A stretch of 64,000 bases of DNA from an uncultured Porticoccaceae bacterium. GTDB lineage: Bacteria > Pseudomonadota > Gammaproteobacteria > Pseudomonadales > GM7GCV1. Below are positions 11,923 through 21,204 of this stretch, one piece after another; position 1 is the stretch's first letter; each line of letters opens with the position of its first letter. The notes beneath the pieces are model-generated. The model was not told the origin of the DNA, did no database searches, and saw only the letters and a list, made by a program, of their open reading frames with translations. The position numbers were made by a program, and so were the translations under genes. The stretch lies in contig CAZUTO010000003.1 of NCBI GenBank assembly GCA_964623085.1, positions 37,863 through 101,862 of the forward strand, in the 5' to 3' direction.

Positions 11923-12606
11923 CTACAAACCCCAGTTTTGAATCACGACATCAATATCACCGTCGCTATCTTCCATTGCGCCTTTAAATTGGCTTCGGAA
12001 TACTGGGCCCAAACTGACGCCATCTAGGAGCGCATTTTTGATCTGCCAGCGGCCGCTGTCGTTCTTAACCATATTGTACGCCACATCAACGTCTTCAGAT
12101 CCAGAATGAATTTTCTGGCGCACGCCAACACTAATTTTAGCTTCATCTCCCTCTCTCGGCGGATCGATTTCATAACTACCATCATTGACATTAATCAGGC
12201 CTTTCGCATATGTCTCGATCAAAGACCGACGAAACGTCTCTGCAAACGCTTGCAATTGCGCTTCCGATGCTTTCCCAAAATATTCACCCATGACACCACG
12301 TGTCCAAGAGTCAAAATCTATCCAAGGAGCAATAACCGCATCTATGTCAGCGTAAAAAGCTTGCGGATCTTCATTAAATCTCGTTTTTGCGTCACCCAGC
12401 ATCGCAAGCAGCTCATCAGAAATAAGACTGACTGTTGCATGAGCCGTTGCCGGAACTTCAGACTGTGCGTTTTGCGCATCTGCGGGTGAAGCTGTTTGAG
12501 CCTGAGCAACGGAAAAGCATGCTAATGACCCGACCAATAAAGCACCAATAAGTTGTGTGTGAGTTCTAAACATACATAAGATCCTACGATAAACCGATTT
12601 CGACAC
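11923..12606 (-). CDS. mlaC: MlaC/Ttg2D-family periplasmic phospholipid-binding protein
   Basis: Signal peptide present. VMGEYFGKASEAQLQAFAETFRRSLIETYAKGL aligns with E. coli MlaC [33 protein letters not shown]. The start may be the internal Met at 12573. Confidence 0.7.
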   Translation of the reverse strand: MSKSVYRRILCMFRTHTQLIGALLVGSLACFSVAQAQTASPADAQNAQSEVPATAHATVSLISDELLAMLGDAKTRFNEDPQAFYADIDAVIAPWIDFDSWTRGVMGEYFGKASEAQLQAFAETFRRSLIETYAKGLINVNDGSYEIDPPREGDEAKISVGVRQKIHSGSEDVDVAYNMVKNDSGRWQIKNALLDGVSLGPVFRSQFKGAMEDSDGDIDVVIQNWGL

Positions 12607-12718
12607 TAATCTGTCAAGCCAACCCGCTTAAATGAGCGGATTTTTAGGCTGACACCGGGAAGCGGTAACTATACCATTCCGCCCCTTAAATCTGAATAAA
12701 CCTTTATAGGAAATAAAC

Positions 12719-13681
12719 ATTTCTCTATTCATTGTTGTTCCACTGCTAATTATCGGGATAGCAGTTCTGGTTTGGGCTGCTGACCGATTCGTGGAAGGTG
12801 CCGCAGCAATTGCGGGTCATTTCGGGCTTTCACCACTGCTAATCGGCTTAACCGTAATCTCAATAGGCACATCAGCTCCAGAAATATTGGTATCAGCCAA
12901 TGCGGCCATCAATCAATCCAGCGGACTGGCAGTTGGCAATGCACTTGGCTCAAATCTAGCAAATATAGGATTAGTTCTCGCTATAACGGCGCTCATTTGT
13001 CCGCTGACCGTTCGTCGGTCCATGGCGCGTTCAGAAATACCCATTATGCTCGGTGTGACTTTACTCGCCGGCATCGTGCTGATTAATTCCTATCTAGGTC
13101 GCTGGGAGAGCGTGTTTCTCCTCCTATGCCTAATTGTGTTTCTATTATATTTGACTCAACAAGCCAAAAAAGGTTCCGCGCCAAGCAGCGTGAATCTAGA
13201 TGTGGAAATTCCAGATAAACCGCTCAAATCAGCGACTTTTTCAACCATTATCGGGCTAATCGCACTCATTCTTTCGTCTCGGCTTTTGGTTTGGAGTGCA
13301 TCCGAAATGGCATCACAGTTCGGAGTGAGTGATCTGGTTATTGGTATCACGGTAGTTGCGGTGGGGACTAGCCTGCCCGAGCTTGCCGCTTCACTTGCCG
13401 GCGCGCTGAAAGGTCATTCGGAAATGGCTATTGGCAATATTCTCGGGTCAAATATTTTCAACCTGCTCGCAGTGTTACCCATCGCTGGCGTTATTTACCC
13501 CACTCAGATTGAAGGTACTAGTTTTGTCCGAGATTTCGGCACCGTGTTTGCTCTTAGCGCTCTCCTTGCGGCGGCATGCATTTGGAAAACGAGGCACCAG
13601 CAAACTGGGCAACTAGGAAGACCCTTAGGGGCTGCCATGTTGTTACTTTATGTCGGCTATTACTTCTGGCTGTTACTATAG
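12719..13681 (+). CDS. yrbG: CaCA-family Ca2+/Na+ antiporter (YrbG-like); proposed non-canonical ATT start
   Basis: Two alpha-repeat motifs (GTSAPE and GTSLPEL). The in-frame sequence upstream of the first GTG (12791) encodes the expected first TM helix and ADRFVEGAAAIA. The only start-like codons there are ATT at 12719 and 12731 and CTG; AGGAA lies 7 nt before 12719. Confidence 0.72.
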   Translation: MSLFIVVPLLIIGIAVLVWAADRFVEGAAAIAGHFGLSPLLIGLTVISIGTSAPEILVSANAAINQSSGLAVGNALGSNLANIGLVLAITALICPLTVRRSMARSEIPIMLGVTLLAGIVLINSYLGRWESVFLLLCLIVFLLYLTQQAKKGSAPSSVNLDVEIPDKPLKSATFSTIIGLIALILSSRLLVWSASEMASQFGVSDLVIGITVVAVGTSLPELAASLAGALKGHSEMAIGNILGSNIFNLLAVLPIAGVIYPTQIEGTSFVRDFGTVFALSALLAAACIWKTRHQQTGQLGRPLGAAMLLLYVGYYFWLLL

Positions 13682-13710
13682 CCAATAGTGAGTTCAATTA
13701 GACACAAACC

Positions 13711-14676
13711 ATGACTGACATATCCCTTTCAGCATCCGCAAAGCGGACCATTGAGCTAGAATCTAAGGCTATTTTGGATTTGATTCCGCGGCTGGGCGAC
13801 GAATTCGAAAAAGCCTGCCAATTAATACTCGACTGCCAAGCGCGCGTCGTTGTAATCGGTATGGGGAAATCTGGACATATTGGCCGCAAAATCGCTGCGA
13901 CATTGGCCAGCACTGGAACGCCCGCCTTTTTTGTTCATCCCGCCGAAGCGAGTCACGGCGACATGGGAATGCTCACGCAAAACGACATTGCTATAACCAT
14001 TTCCAACTCAGGCAGCACCGCTGAGGTAACCAACTTACTTCCGCTCATTAAAGTCTTAGATATCAAAATGATTGCCATGACAGGCAATCCTGAGTCCGTA
14101 TTAGCAAAGGCTTCCGACGCACATCTAGATATCAGCGTCGACACAGAGGCCTGCCCGCTCGATTTAGCACCAACCTCTAGTACAACAGCCACGCTGGTAA
14201 TGGGTGATGCGCTCGCTATTGCTCTACTCGAAGCGCGAGGCTTTACCGCGGAAGACTTTGCCTTTTCTCATCCTGGCGGTGCACTTGGCCGACGACTACT
14301 AATCAAAGTAGCCGATCTTATGCACAGCGAGGAAAACCTACCAAAAGTCTCGGAAGACACATCGCTAAAACAAGTCCTGCTAGAAATGACAACAAAAGGC
14401 CTTGGAATCACGACTGTCGTCAACGACAGTGGCCTTTTAGGCGTTTTTACCGATGGCGATTTAAGAAGAGTGGTTGATAAAGGGATCAATCTCGACACAT
14501 CCACTGCGAAAGATGTAATGAATACTTCACCACTAAAAATCGAACAAAATCGGCTTGCCGCTGAAGCGCTTGGCTTGATGGAAGAACGAAAAGTCACTGC
14601 ACTGGTCGTAGTAGATGACAAAATGCCCTGCGGTGTTATTCATCTGCACGACATTCTTCGTGCCGGAGTCATTTAG
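13711..14676 (+). CDS. kdsD: Arabinose-5-phosphate isomerase (SIS plus tandem CBS domains)
   Basis: SIS motif VVIGMGKSGHIGRKIAATLASTGTPAFFVHP, with a C-terminal CBS pair. The yrbG-kdsD-kdsC order is conserved. Confidence 0.92.
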   Translation: MTDISLSASAKRTIELESKAILDLIPRLGDEFEKACQLILDCQARVVVIGMGKSGHIGRKIAATLASTGTPAFFVHPAEASHGDMGMLTQNDIAITISNSGSTAEVTNLLPLIKVLDIKMIAMTGNPESVLAKASDAHLDISVDTEACPLDLAPTSSTTATLVMGDALAIALLEARGFTAEDFAFSHPGGALGRRLLIKVADLMHSEENLPKVSEDTSLKQVLLEMTTKGLGITTVVNDSGLLGVFTDGDLRRVVDKGINLDTSTAKDVMNTSPLKIEQNRLAAEALGLMEERKVTALVVVDDKMPCGVIHLHDILRAGVI

Positions 14677-14712
14677 CGTGGCAAACTATACGTTAATTAG
14701 GCGGAATGATTG

Positions 14713-15237
14713 ATGAGCGCAGACAAAGCCCGGAAAGTGAAGTTACTCCTACTTGATGTAGATGGTGTGCTCACAAATGGTTCCGTGACCTACGTTGGCA
14801 AGGACATCGAAACCAAGAGTTTCAACATCAAAGATGGCTTAGGCATAAAATTGCTGCAAGATGCGGGGATTATGGTTGGCATTATTACTGGCCGAGTATC
14901 TGCCATGGTCGAGCGTCGAGCGAAGGAGCTGGGTTTAGAAGAAATTGTTCAAGGTAGAGAAGATAAGGGCGTTGCTCTCTTGGAAGCAGCGAAACGAAAC
15001 AACATCGATACCGATTATATTGCCTACATGGGTGATGATCTTCCCGATATAAAGGCCATGCAAAAAGCGGGATTTGCCATAGCTCCTGCGGACGCGCATG
15101 CAGATGTATTGTCTGTTGCTGACTGGACCGCAACTAAAAATGGCGGCGCCGGCGCGGTGCGTGAGGCCTGCGACTTTATCTTAAAATCAATGGACTCATA
15201 CACAGTTGTGACCGCGCCTTTCTGGGGTCAGGAATGA
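14713..15237 (+). CDS. kdsC: 3-deoxy-D-manno-octulosonate 8-phosphate phosphatase
   Basis: HAD motif LLLLDVDGVLTNG and YMGDDLPD. The ATG at 14713 is preferred over the TTG at 14710. Confidence 0.9.
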   Translation: MSADKARKVKLLLLDVDGVLTNGSVTYVGKDIETKSFNIKDGLGIKLLQDAGIMVGIITGRVSAMVERRAKELGLEEIVQGREDKGVALLEAAKRNNIDTDYIAYMGDDLPDIKAMQKAGFAIAPADAHADVLSVADWTATKNGGAGAVREACDFILKSMDSYTVVTAPFWGQE

Positions 15238-15803
15238 GAAGAAGCTGGCTGTTTTTGATCTTACTCATCACGCCATTCGGCTTGGCATTTTTCTTTTGGG
15301 ACCTCACTACCAAAATCCTAGACACAGAGAACCTAGGCCAAGGAGATGACCAGTCAAACGCACCTCAGATCATTATGGAGCGAACCCAACTTATTCAATT
15401 CGACACTAACGGCACAATGGCGCATCGACTGCAAAGCGAAAGGCTTCTCTCAGAGCAGGATAGTGGTTTGGTATACGTATCCGAACCCACCATTGGTATA
15501 GATCCAAACCGATCCGACAGCTGGGAAGCATTAAGTCAAACTGGCACTTATGATCAGAAAACAAAGGCTATGCAAATGAGTGGTGATGTTGTGTTGATAC
15601 GCAAGCAACCAGAAGATGACCCCATCACTATTTCTACAGAAGTACTTAACTACTATCCCGATAGAAATTTTGCTGAGTCCGATAGTCCAGTTATTATTCA
15701 AACTACGGGGCACAAAATCGAAACAATCGGAATGAGCGTTGACTTTAAAGCATCCGAATACAAACTCAAATCCCAAGTCAGAAGTCGCCATGACCCAATT
15801 TAG
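15234..15803 (+). CDS. lptC: LPS export protein LptC
   Basis: N-terminal TM anchor, about 190 aa, beta-rich. It overlaps kdsC by 4 nt (ATGA) and sits between kdsC and lptA. Confidence 0.75.
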   Translation: MRRSWLFLILLITPFGLAFFFWDLTTKILDTENLGQGDDQSNAPQIIMERTQLIQFDTNGTMAHRLQSERLLSEQDSGLVYVSEPTIGIDPNRSDSWEALSQTGTYDQKTKAMQMSGDVVLIRKQPEDDPITISTEVLNYYPDRNFAESDSPVIIQTTGHKIETIGMSVDFKASEYKLKSQVRSRHDPI

Positions 15804-16305
15804 AAAGCCATTGCTTTTAGTCGCACTCGTTTTAGGGTGGCTTTCTCCGACAGAAAGACTCCTCGCGCTTCCAGATGATCGCGATCAAATCATTGAGATA
15901 GAATCTATTACTGCCGAGTTCAGAGAAGCCGAAGGTCTAACCATCTATTCCGGTGAAGTGAACCTAAAACAGGGCAGTATTCTACTCAAAGCCGACACAC
16001 TGACCTTGTTCACGGAAGACGGACAGGTAAGTCGCTTACTCGCCGAAGGCAATGCCTACTATGAACAGATTCCAGAAGTGGGTGCAGACAAAGTGATCGC
16101 ACGCGGCGCATCCATTGAGTACCTTCTCTCCGACGACGTGATTACACTCAACCAAAATGCCAGCCTGACCCATGAAGGCGCGACAATGAACGGAAACATG
16201 ATCACCTACGACGTGAGAAACAATCTACTCATGGCCAATAGCCTGCCCGGCAGTGAAGACGACCGCGTTAAAGTCACACTTCCGCCAATAGGCAACGGAA
16301 ACTAA
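15790..16305 (+). CDS. lptA: LPS export periplasmic protein LptA
   Basis: Signal peptide [18 protein letters not shown] and OstA-like repeats ([26 protein letters not shown]). The start is placed at the ATG at 15790 rather than the ORF start at 15739. Confidence 0.8.
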   Translation: MTQFRKPLLLVALVLGWLSPTERLLALPDDRDQIIEIESITAEFREAEGLTIYSGEVNLKQGSILLKADTLTLFTEDGQVSRLLAEGNAYYEQIPEVGADKVIARGASIEYLLSDDVITLNQNASLTHEGATMNGNMITYDVRNNLLMANSLPGSEDDRVKVTLPPIGNGN

Positions 16306-16307
16306 CC

Positions 16308-17030
16308 TTGGCACTACTTCATGCCAAGAATCTTGCCAAATCTTATAACAAGCGGCAAATCATCATCGATGTTTCGGTGCAAGTTTCTAGCGGTGAAATA
16401 ATCGGACTTCTGGGTCCAAATGGAGCGGGCAAAACCACCTGTTTTTATATGATCGCGGGCCTCGTCAAACAAGATGCAGGGCAAGTATTTATCGACGATA
16501 CAGAAATCACCAAAAAGCCAATTCACGAGCGAGCGCGTCTAGGTATTGGCTATCTGCCTCAGGAAGCATCAGTATTTCGAAAGCTGTCAGTAGCGGAAAA
16601 TATCCTTGCAGTACTGGAATCCACCAAACTAGGCAAAGAAAGTCGAAAAAAACGCCTAGATGAATTGCTCGATGAATTCAGTATTAGTCATATCCGTGAC
16701 AGCTTGGGCATGTCACTTTCAGGTGGTGAGCGACGGCGCGTCGAAATTGCCAGGGCACTGGCAATGGACCCAGATTTTATTTTGCTCGATGAGCCCTTCG
16801 CTGGCGTTGACCCACTCTCTGTTGGCGACATAAAGGAGATTATTCGATATCTTAAAGAGCGCGGAATTGGCGTATTAATTACGGATCACAATGTTCGCGA
16901 GACCTTGTCGCTTTGTGACAAGGCTTACATTGTTGGCGAAGGTCACATCATTGCTGAAGGCAATGCCGAGACTATTCTCGCCAACGAGAAAGTGAGAGAG
17001 GTCTATCTCGGCAAAGAGTTTCGACTTTAA
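16308..17030 (+). CDS. lptB: LPS export ABC transporter ATPase LptB
   Basis: [13 protein letters not shown]...[27 protein letters not shown] and [12 protein letters not shown]. It uses a TTG start. Confidence 0.95.
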   Translation: MALLHAKNLAKSYNKRQIIIDVSVQVSSGEIIGLLGPNGAGKTTCFYMIAGLVKQDAGQVFIDDTEITKKPIHERARLGIGYLPQEASVFRKLSVAENILAVLESTKLGKESRKKRLDELLDEFSISHIRDSLGMSLSGGERRRVEIARALAMDPDFILLDEPFAGVDPLSVGDIKEIIRYLKERGIGVLITDHNVRETLSLCDKAYIVGEGHIIAEGNAETILANEKVREVYLGKEFRL

Positions 17031-17133
17031 GTCAAAGATGCGACCCCTGCCACAATTTGGTTCCACAATCATCATTGATCAACCAAAAAGGCATCTATAC
17101 ACTTAAAGACAAAGTCTTTTAGTTTAGAAGTTT

Positions 17134-18558
17134 ATGAAACAAGCGCTTCATTTTGGCCTAAATCAACAGTTAAAAATGACGCCCCAGTTGCAGCAATCTG
17201 TTCGCTTACTGCAACTCTCAACATTAGAGCTTCAGCAGGAAATTCAAGAAGCGCTCTACACTAACCCGCTGTTGGATTTAGACGAAGACAGCACTGACGC
17301 ACAATCCGAAGATTCAAACCCGACCGCCGCTGAATCCAGAGCGGAAGACACTGCCGCAGAAGTCATTACCACCGAGTCGCAAGAGACTGAGTATCAGTCT
17401 TTAAGCCGATCTGGCGGTTCTGTGAATGAAGAATTCGTGGAGCCAAACGATACCTCTCCTGAAACGCTCCAAGACTATTTGCTATGGCAGCTAAACCTCA
17501 CCCCTTTTTCTGATCTAGACCGAACAATAGGTGAGGCATTCATTGATGCGCTAGATCAGGACGGTTTCCTTACATCGAGTATTGATGACATTTTACAAAC
17601 CGTTGCGGACGAAGTATCTGATGAGGATGACACACTCGACTTAGATGATTGCCTCGCTGTCCTTCATCGTATTCAAAAATTTGATCCACCTGGTGTTGCG
17701 GCCATCGATTTGCCCAACTGCCTTAAAATTCAACTCGATTTACTCCCTGAAGACACCGAACACCTTGCCCTCGCCCATCTCATTGTTGAGGAATACCTAC
17801 CACTCGTTACTGACGGTGATCTCCCAGTATTAGTTAAACGAACTAGAAAGTCTGAAAAAGACGTATTGGGCGCTTTAGCGTTACTCCGATCGCTCAACCC
17901 AAGGCCTGGCTCAGGCTACAGCGCTGATCGCACAAATTATATTGTTCCAGATATTGTATTGACCAAATCTAAAGGCGCTTGGAAAGTCAGTCTTAATTCT
18001 GAATCCCACCCTAAACTGAAACTAACTGAGCAATACTCCAATGTGTTGCAAAATGGCAATTCTGATGACAAGGACTATGTTCGTGAAAAGCTTCAAGAAG
18101 CCCGTTGGTTTTTACACAGTCTGGAAAGCCGACAGGATACACTTCTAAAAGTGGCCACTGCCATCGTTGAAGCGCAAATCGACTTTTTTGAGGAAGGCCC
18201 CGAAGCAATGAAACCGTTGATTCTCAAAGACCTTGCAGAAAAGCTTGGTTATCATGAGTCGACCATTTCACGGGCTACCAACCAAAAGTATATGTATTCA
18301 CCACGCGGGGTATTTGAGCTCAAATATTTTTTTTCCAGCCAAGTTTCGACTGCAACGGGAGGAGAGGCTTCCTCGACTGCGATCAAGGCAATTATTGAAA
18401 ACCTGATTCAAAAAGAAAACCCACAAAAACCCTTAAGCGACAGTAAGTTAATGTCTATGCTGAAGGAAAAAGACATTCTAGTAGCACGGCGAACTGTTGC
18501 TAAGTACAGGGAAATGCTGAACATTCCTGCATCCAGCTCTCGAAAACGAATATCGTAA
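17134..18558 (+). CDS. rpoN: RNA polymerase sigma-54 factor
   Basis: Gln-rich region I (LKMTPQLQQSVRLLQLSTLELQQEIQ), an acidic region II, and the C-terminal RpoN box ARRTVAKYRE. Confidence 0.97.
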   Translation: MKQALHFGLNQQLKMTPQLQQSVRLLQLSTLELQQEIQEALYTNPLLDLDEDSTDAQSEDSNPTAAESRAEDTAAEVITTESQETEYQSLSRSGGSVNEEFVEPNDTSPETLQDYLLWQLNLTPFSDLDRTIGEAFIDALDQDGFLTSSIDDILQTVADEVSDEDDTLDLDDCLAVLHRIQKFDPPGVAAIDLPNCLKIQLDLLPEDTEHLALAHLIVEEYLPLVTDGDLPVLVKRTRKSEKDVLGALALLRSLNPRPGSGYSADRTNYIVPDIVLTKSKGAWKVSLNSESHPKLKLTEQYSNVLQNGNSDDKDYVREKLQEARWFLHSLESRQDTLLKVATAIVEAQIDFFEEGPEAMKPLILKDLAEKLGYHESTISRATNQKYMYSPRGVFELKYFFSSQVSTATGGEASSTAIKAIIENLIQKENPQKPLSDSKLMSMLKEKDILVARRTVAKYREMLNIPASSSRKRIS

Positions 18559-18680
18559 TGGATAATTTACACTGCACCTCAGTCATTAAAAAAACAACAC
18601 TCTCACTTGAGTTTTTCTTGTGATAACCTAAATGACCAGCCACGGCTGAGATACAATTTGATAACGCTAAGGAGTTTAAT

Positions 18681-18968
18681 ATGCAACTAAGAATAAGCGG
18701 ACACCATCTAGACGTTTCAGAACCTATCCGTAATTATGTAACTAACAAACTCTCCCGACTTACACGTCACCACGATCGAATTACCAATACGCACGTTATC
18801 CTATCAATTGATAAACATCACCAAAAAGCTGAAGCAACCTTACATATATCTGGCGCCGATCTTTTCGCTAATTCAGAATCGGAAGATTTATACGCAGCCA
18901 TTGATCAATTGACAGACAAACTCGACCGTCAACTAATTAAATATAAAGAGAAACATCGTAATCACTAA
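18681..18968 (+). CDS. hpf: Ribosome hibernation promoting factor (short HPF)
   Basis: MQLRISGHHLDVSEPIRNYV ... 95 aa, directly after rpoN. Confidence 0.9.
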   Translation: MQLRISGHHLDVSEPIRNYVTNKLSRLTRHHDRITNTHVILSIDKHHQKAEATLHISGADLFANSESEDLYAAIDQLTDKLDRQLIKYKEKHRNH

Positions 18969-19423
18969 TGGATTTAACTGAAATATTGTCTCCTGCTCTT
19001 TGCTTTACCAAGATAGAGGGCAGGAGTCGAAAACGTGTATTTGAAGTCCTTTCTAAAAATATAGCCGAACGACATCTCAATCTAGACTACGCCACTATTT
19101 TTGATGCTCTCAGTGACAGAGAAAAGCTGGGCTCTACTGGGATTGGAGAAGGTGTGGCAATACCGCATTGTCGCTTGGAGCATGATGGCCCAGGCATAGC
19201 CGCTGCAGTGACACTGAACGATGCGATTGATTTTGACGCGCCAGATCAAAAGCCTGTTGATCTACTTGTTTTTCTACTCGTTTCTGGCGAAGCTAATCAA
19301 GCTCACCTCGATACTTTAGCAAGCCTTGCCAGCGTGCTCTCCAAAGAAGAAAATCGACAAGCACTGCGTCAGACAGATGATGGCGTGTCTCTGCGCAACA
19401 TCTTGCTAAAAAAAGTCACCTGA
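18968..19423 (+). CDS. ptsN: Nitrogen-PTS EIIA(Ntr)
   Basis: PTS EIIA-2 fold with the active-site His context GEGVAIPHCRL. It overlaps the hpf stop by 1 nt (TAATG). Confidence 0.9.
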   Translation: MDLTEILSPALCFTKIEGRSRKRVFEVLSKNIAERHLNLDYATIFDALSDREKLGSTGIGEGVAIPHCRLEHDGPGIAAAVTLNDAIDFDAPDQKPVDLLVFLLVSGEANQAHLDTLASLASVLSKEENRQALRQTDDGVSLRNILLKKVT

Positions 19424-19456
19424 GCGCTGCCACTCAATGCATACAAAAACTTCAGC

Positions 19457-20341
19457 ATGACCAAACCTCACAAACAGCCACAAAAAAAGCTCGTTATTGT
19501 GAGCGGACGATCCGGCTCGGGGAAAAGTGCTGCTCTAAATGTGCTGGAAGACTCCGGCTATACATGCATAGACAATTTACCGGCACGATTTCTCCTCGAC
19601 TTGTTTTCGATTAATGAAGACCAACATGATCAAAAAGACTTTGCAGTTGGTATCGATGTACGCAACCTCTGGCGCGAACTGCGTGAAATCCCAGACATGG
19701 TTTCAGGATTACGAAAAAATGGCGTGGATTGTAAAATTGTCTTTTTGGACGCATCTACAGAGACCCTAATCAAACGATTTAGCGAAACTCGTAGAAAGCA
19801 CCCGCTTAGTGGCGAAGGTGTCACCTTAGGAGAAGCGCTAGCAAAAGAGACAGCGCTGCTAAAAGAGATAGAACAGGTAGCGGGTCTAACCCTAAACACA
19901 GATGAACTAAGCCCATACGAGCTAAACGAAAGGCTGAGAACCTCTTTGGGGCTGGACGCGGAACAGAGCACATTGCTACTGTTTCAATCTTTTGGTTTTA
20001 AATATGGTGTTCCGAGTAACGCGGACTACGTTTTTGATGTGCGATGTTTACCCAACCCCCACTGGATTCCAGAATTAAGGAAACATACCGGTCTGGAAGA
20101 CCCTGTCAAAGAATACCTATCTTCCGAGCCAGACGTCATAGATATGGCCAATTCGATAAACAGTTTTTTAGAAAGATGGCTACCGGAACTCTTTGCTGGA
20201 ACGAAAAGTTATATTACCGTTGCTATAGGCTGTACCGGAGGCAAGCATCGATCAGTTTATCTGGCCGAGCAACTCTGCAAAAATTTTTCGGGCACCTATG
20301 CTAATGTGCAAGCACGGCATCGGGAAATCGGGAATGATTGA
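19457..20341 (+). CDS. rapZ: RNase adapter protein RapZ (YhbJ)
   Basis: P-loop VSGRSGSGKSAALNVLED and the C-terminal motif GCTGGKHRSV. Confidence 0.92.
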   Translation: MTKPHKQPQKKLVIVSGRSGSGKSAALNVLEDSGYTCIDNLPARFLLDLFSINEDQHDQKDFAVGIDVRNLWRELREIPDMVSGLRKNGVDCKIVFLDASTETLIKRFSETRRKHPLSGEGVTLGEALAKETALLKEIEQVAGLTLNTDELSPYELNERLRTSLGLDAEQSTLLLFQSFGFKYGVPSNADYVFDVRCLPNPHWIPELRKHTGLEDPVKEYLSSEPDVIDMANSINSFLERWLPELFAGTKSYITVAIGCTGGKHRSVYLAEQLCKNFSGTYANVQARHREIGND

Positions 20342-20603
20342 ACGCAACATCACCGTCGTAAACAAACTAGGGCTGCACGCCCGAGCCTCCTCAAAACTAG
20401 CTCAACTATCCAATAAGTTTTCCAGCCAAATTGAACTAGGTAAAGACGGCCAATTTGTTGATTGTAAAAGTATCATGGCCCTGATGCTTCTCGCTGCAGG
20501 AATTGGCACAGCGCTAACTCTCCGCGTAGAAGGCGAAGACGAAAACACCGCTGCAGAAGAAGTGGAAGCGCTTTTTGCAGACTTTTTTGGAGAGGGCGAA
20601 TAA
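20334..20603 (+). CDS. ptsO: Nitrogen-PTS phosphocarrier NPr
   Basis: MIERNITVVNKLGLHARASSKL aligns with E. coli NPr (ITNKLGMHARPAMKL). The ATG at 20334 overlaps the rapZ stop. Confidence 0.88.
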   Translation: MIERNITVVNKLGLHARASSKLAQLSNKFSSQIELGKDGQFVDCKSIMALMLLAAGIGTALTLRVEGEDENTAAEEVEALFADFFGEGE

Positions 20604-20640
20604 CTAACCGTTAGTTAAAGTTGAACCTAGACTTATGCAC

Positions 20641-21204
20641 CTAATTGAAGCTGATCTGATATGACTCGCCTTCCCATTCAAAGGTTGCTTGGCTTTGCGA
20701 AATTGACTCCAACACCAAACCATCTTCAAACACATGACCAACGCGATAAAAGCCCTTATCAGAAAAAATACGGCTTAGAGATTCGTCATCAGAGACATAC
20801 AAATGGCCCGTGATATTTGGTAGATTAGGCGAACCAGCGCTCACGGGGGCTTCTGCGCTGACTTGTGCAGTAACCGAATGATCAATCGGTACTATTACGT
20901 TATCTGAAATTTCAACTGGAGCCTGAAACTGTTTCTCTGGAATCTTATTAACAGCCGCCGAATCGATCGCAACCACCGAATTAGGCGAATTGTTATTGGC
21001 CAACACCCACAACAAATACAAAACAGCCAAAAACAACAAAACCGCTGCAACTAAAGCGTATCTGAACCAAATATTTTGATTACTTTTAACATTTGGAGAA
21101 TCCCAAGCATTAGAATTCCAGTCAACCTCTGCATATTCTCCATCTTCTCTCTCGCGCTTCCGCTCACGCTCCGCTTTTTTCAATGCACCGAGAATGTAGG
21201 ACAT
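20641..21204 (-). CDS. gspB: Type II secretion protein GspB (ExeB-like)
   Basis: Characteristic N-terminus MSYILGALKKAERERK and a single TM. It overlaps the gspA stop by 1 nt. Confidence 0.7.
   Translation of the reverse strand: MSYILGALKKAERERKREREDGEYAEVDWNSNAWDSPNVKSNQNIWFRYALVAAVLLFLAVLYLLWVLANNNSPNSVVAIDSAAVNKIPEKQFQAPVEISDNVIVPIDHSVTAQVSAEAPVSAGSPNLPNITGHLYVSDDESLSRIFSDKGFYRVGHVFEDGLVLESISQSQATFEWEGESYQISFN

Noticed and set aside
12624-12646. CCGCT-TAAATG-AGCGG hairpin followed by ATTTTT on the plus strand, in the mlaC/yrbG divergent region
   Set aside because: The stem is 5 bp, and there is no upstream plus-strand gene to terminate. It might be part of a yrbG leader, but that cannot be supported from the sequence alone.
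14268-14621. 117-aa antisense ORF inside kdsD
   Set aside because: Low-complexity Ser/Thr-rich product opposite a well-supported SIS-CBS gene.
16309-16326. TGGCAC at the lptB start, considered as a sigma-54 -24 element
   Set aside because: The GC of the -12 element is off by one position (TGGCAC-N5-CATGC rather than TTGC). The site also lies on the lptB start codon, with no downstream target gene.
18596-18617. AACACTC-TCACTT-GAGTTTT hairpin plus T-run between rpoN and hpf
   Set aside because: The stem is only 7 bp with a mismatch. It could be a leaky attenuator, but the sequence evidence is insufficient.
20601-20617. TAACTAA-CCG-TTAGTTA hairpin between the convergent npr and gspB genes, considered as a bidirectional terminator
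   Set aside because: The stem is 7 bp, all A/T apart from one C-G pair, with a 3-nt loop and no flanking U-tracts. It is too weak to call.
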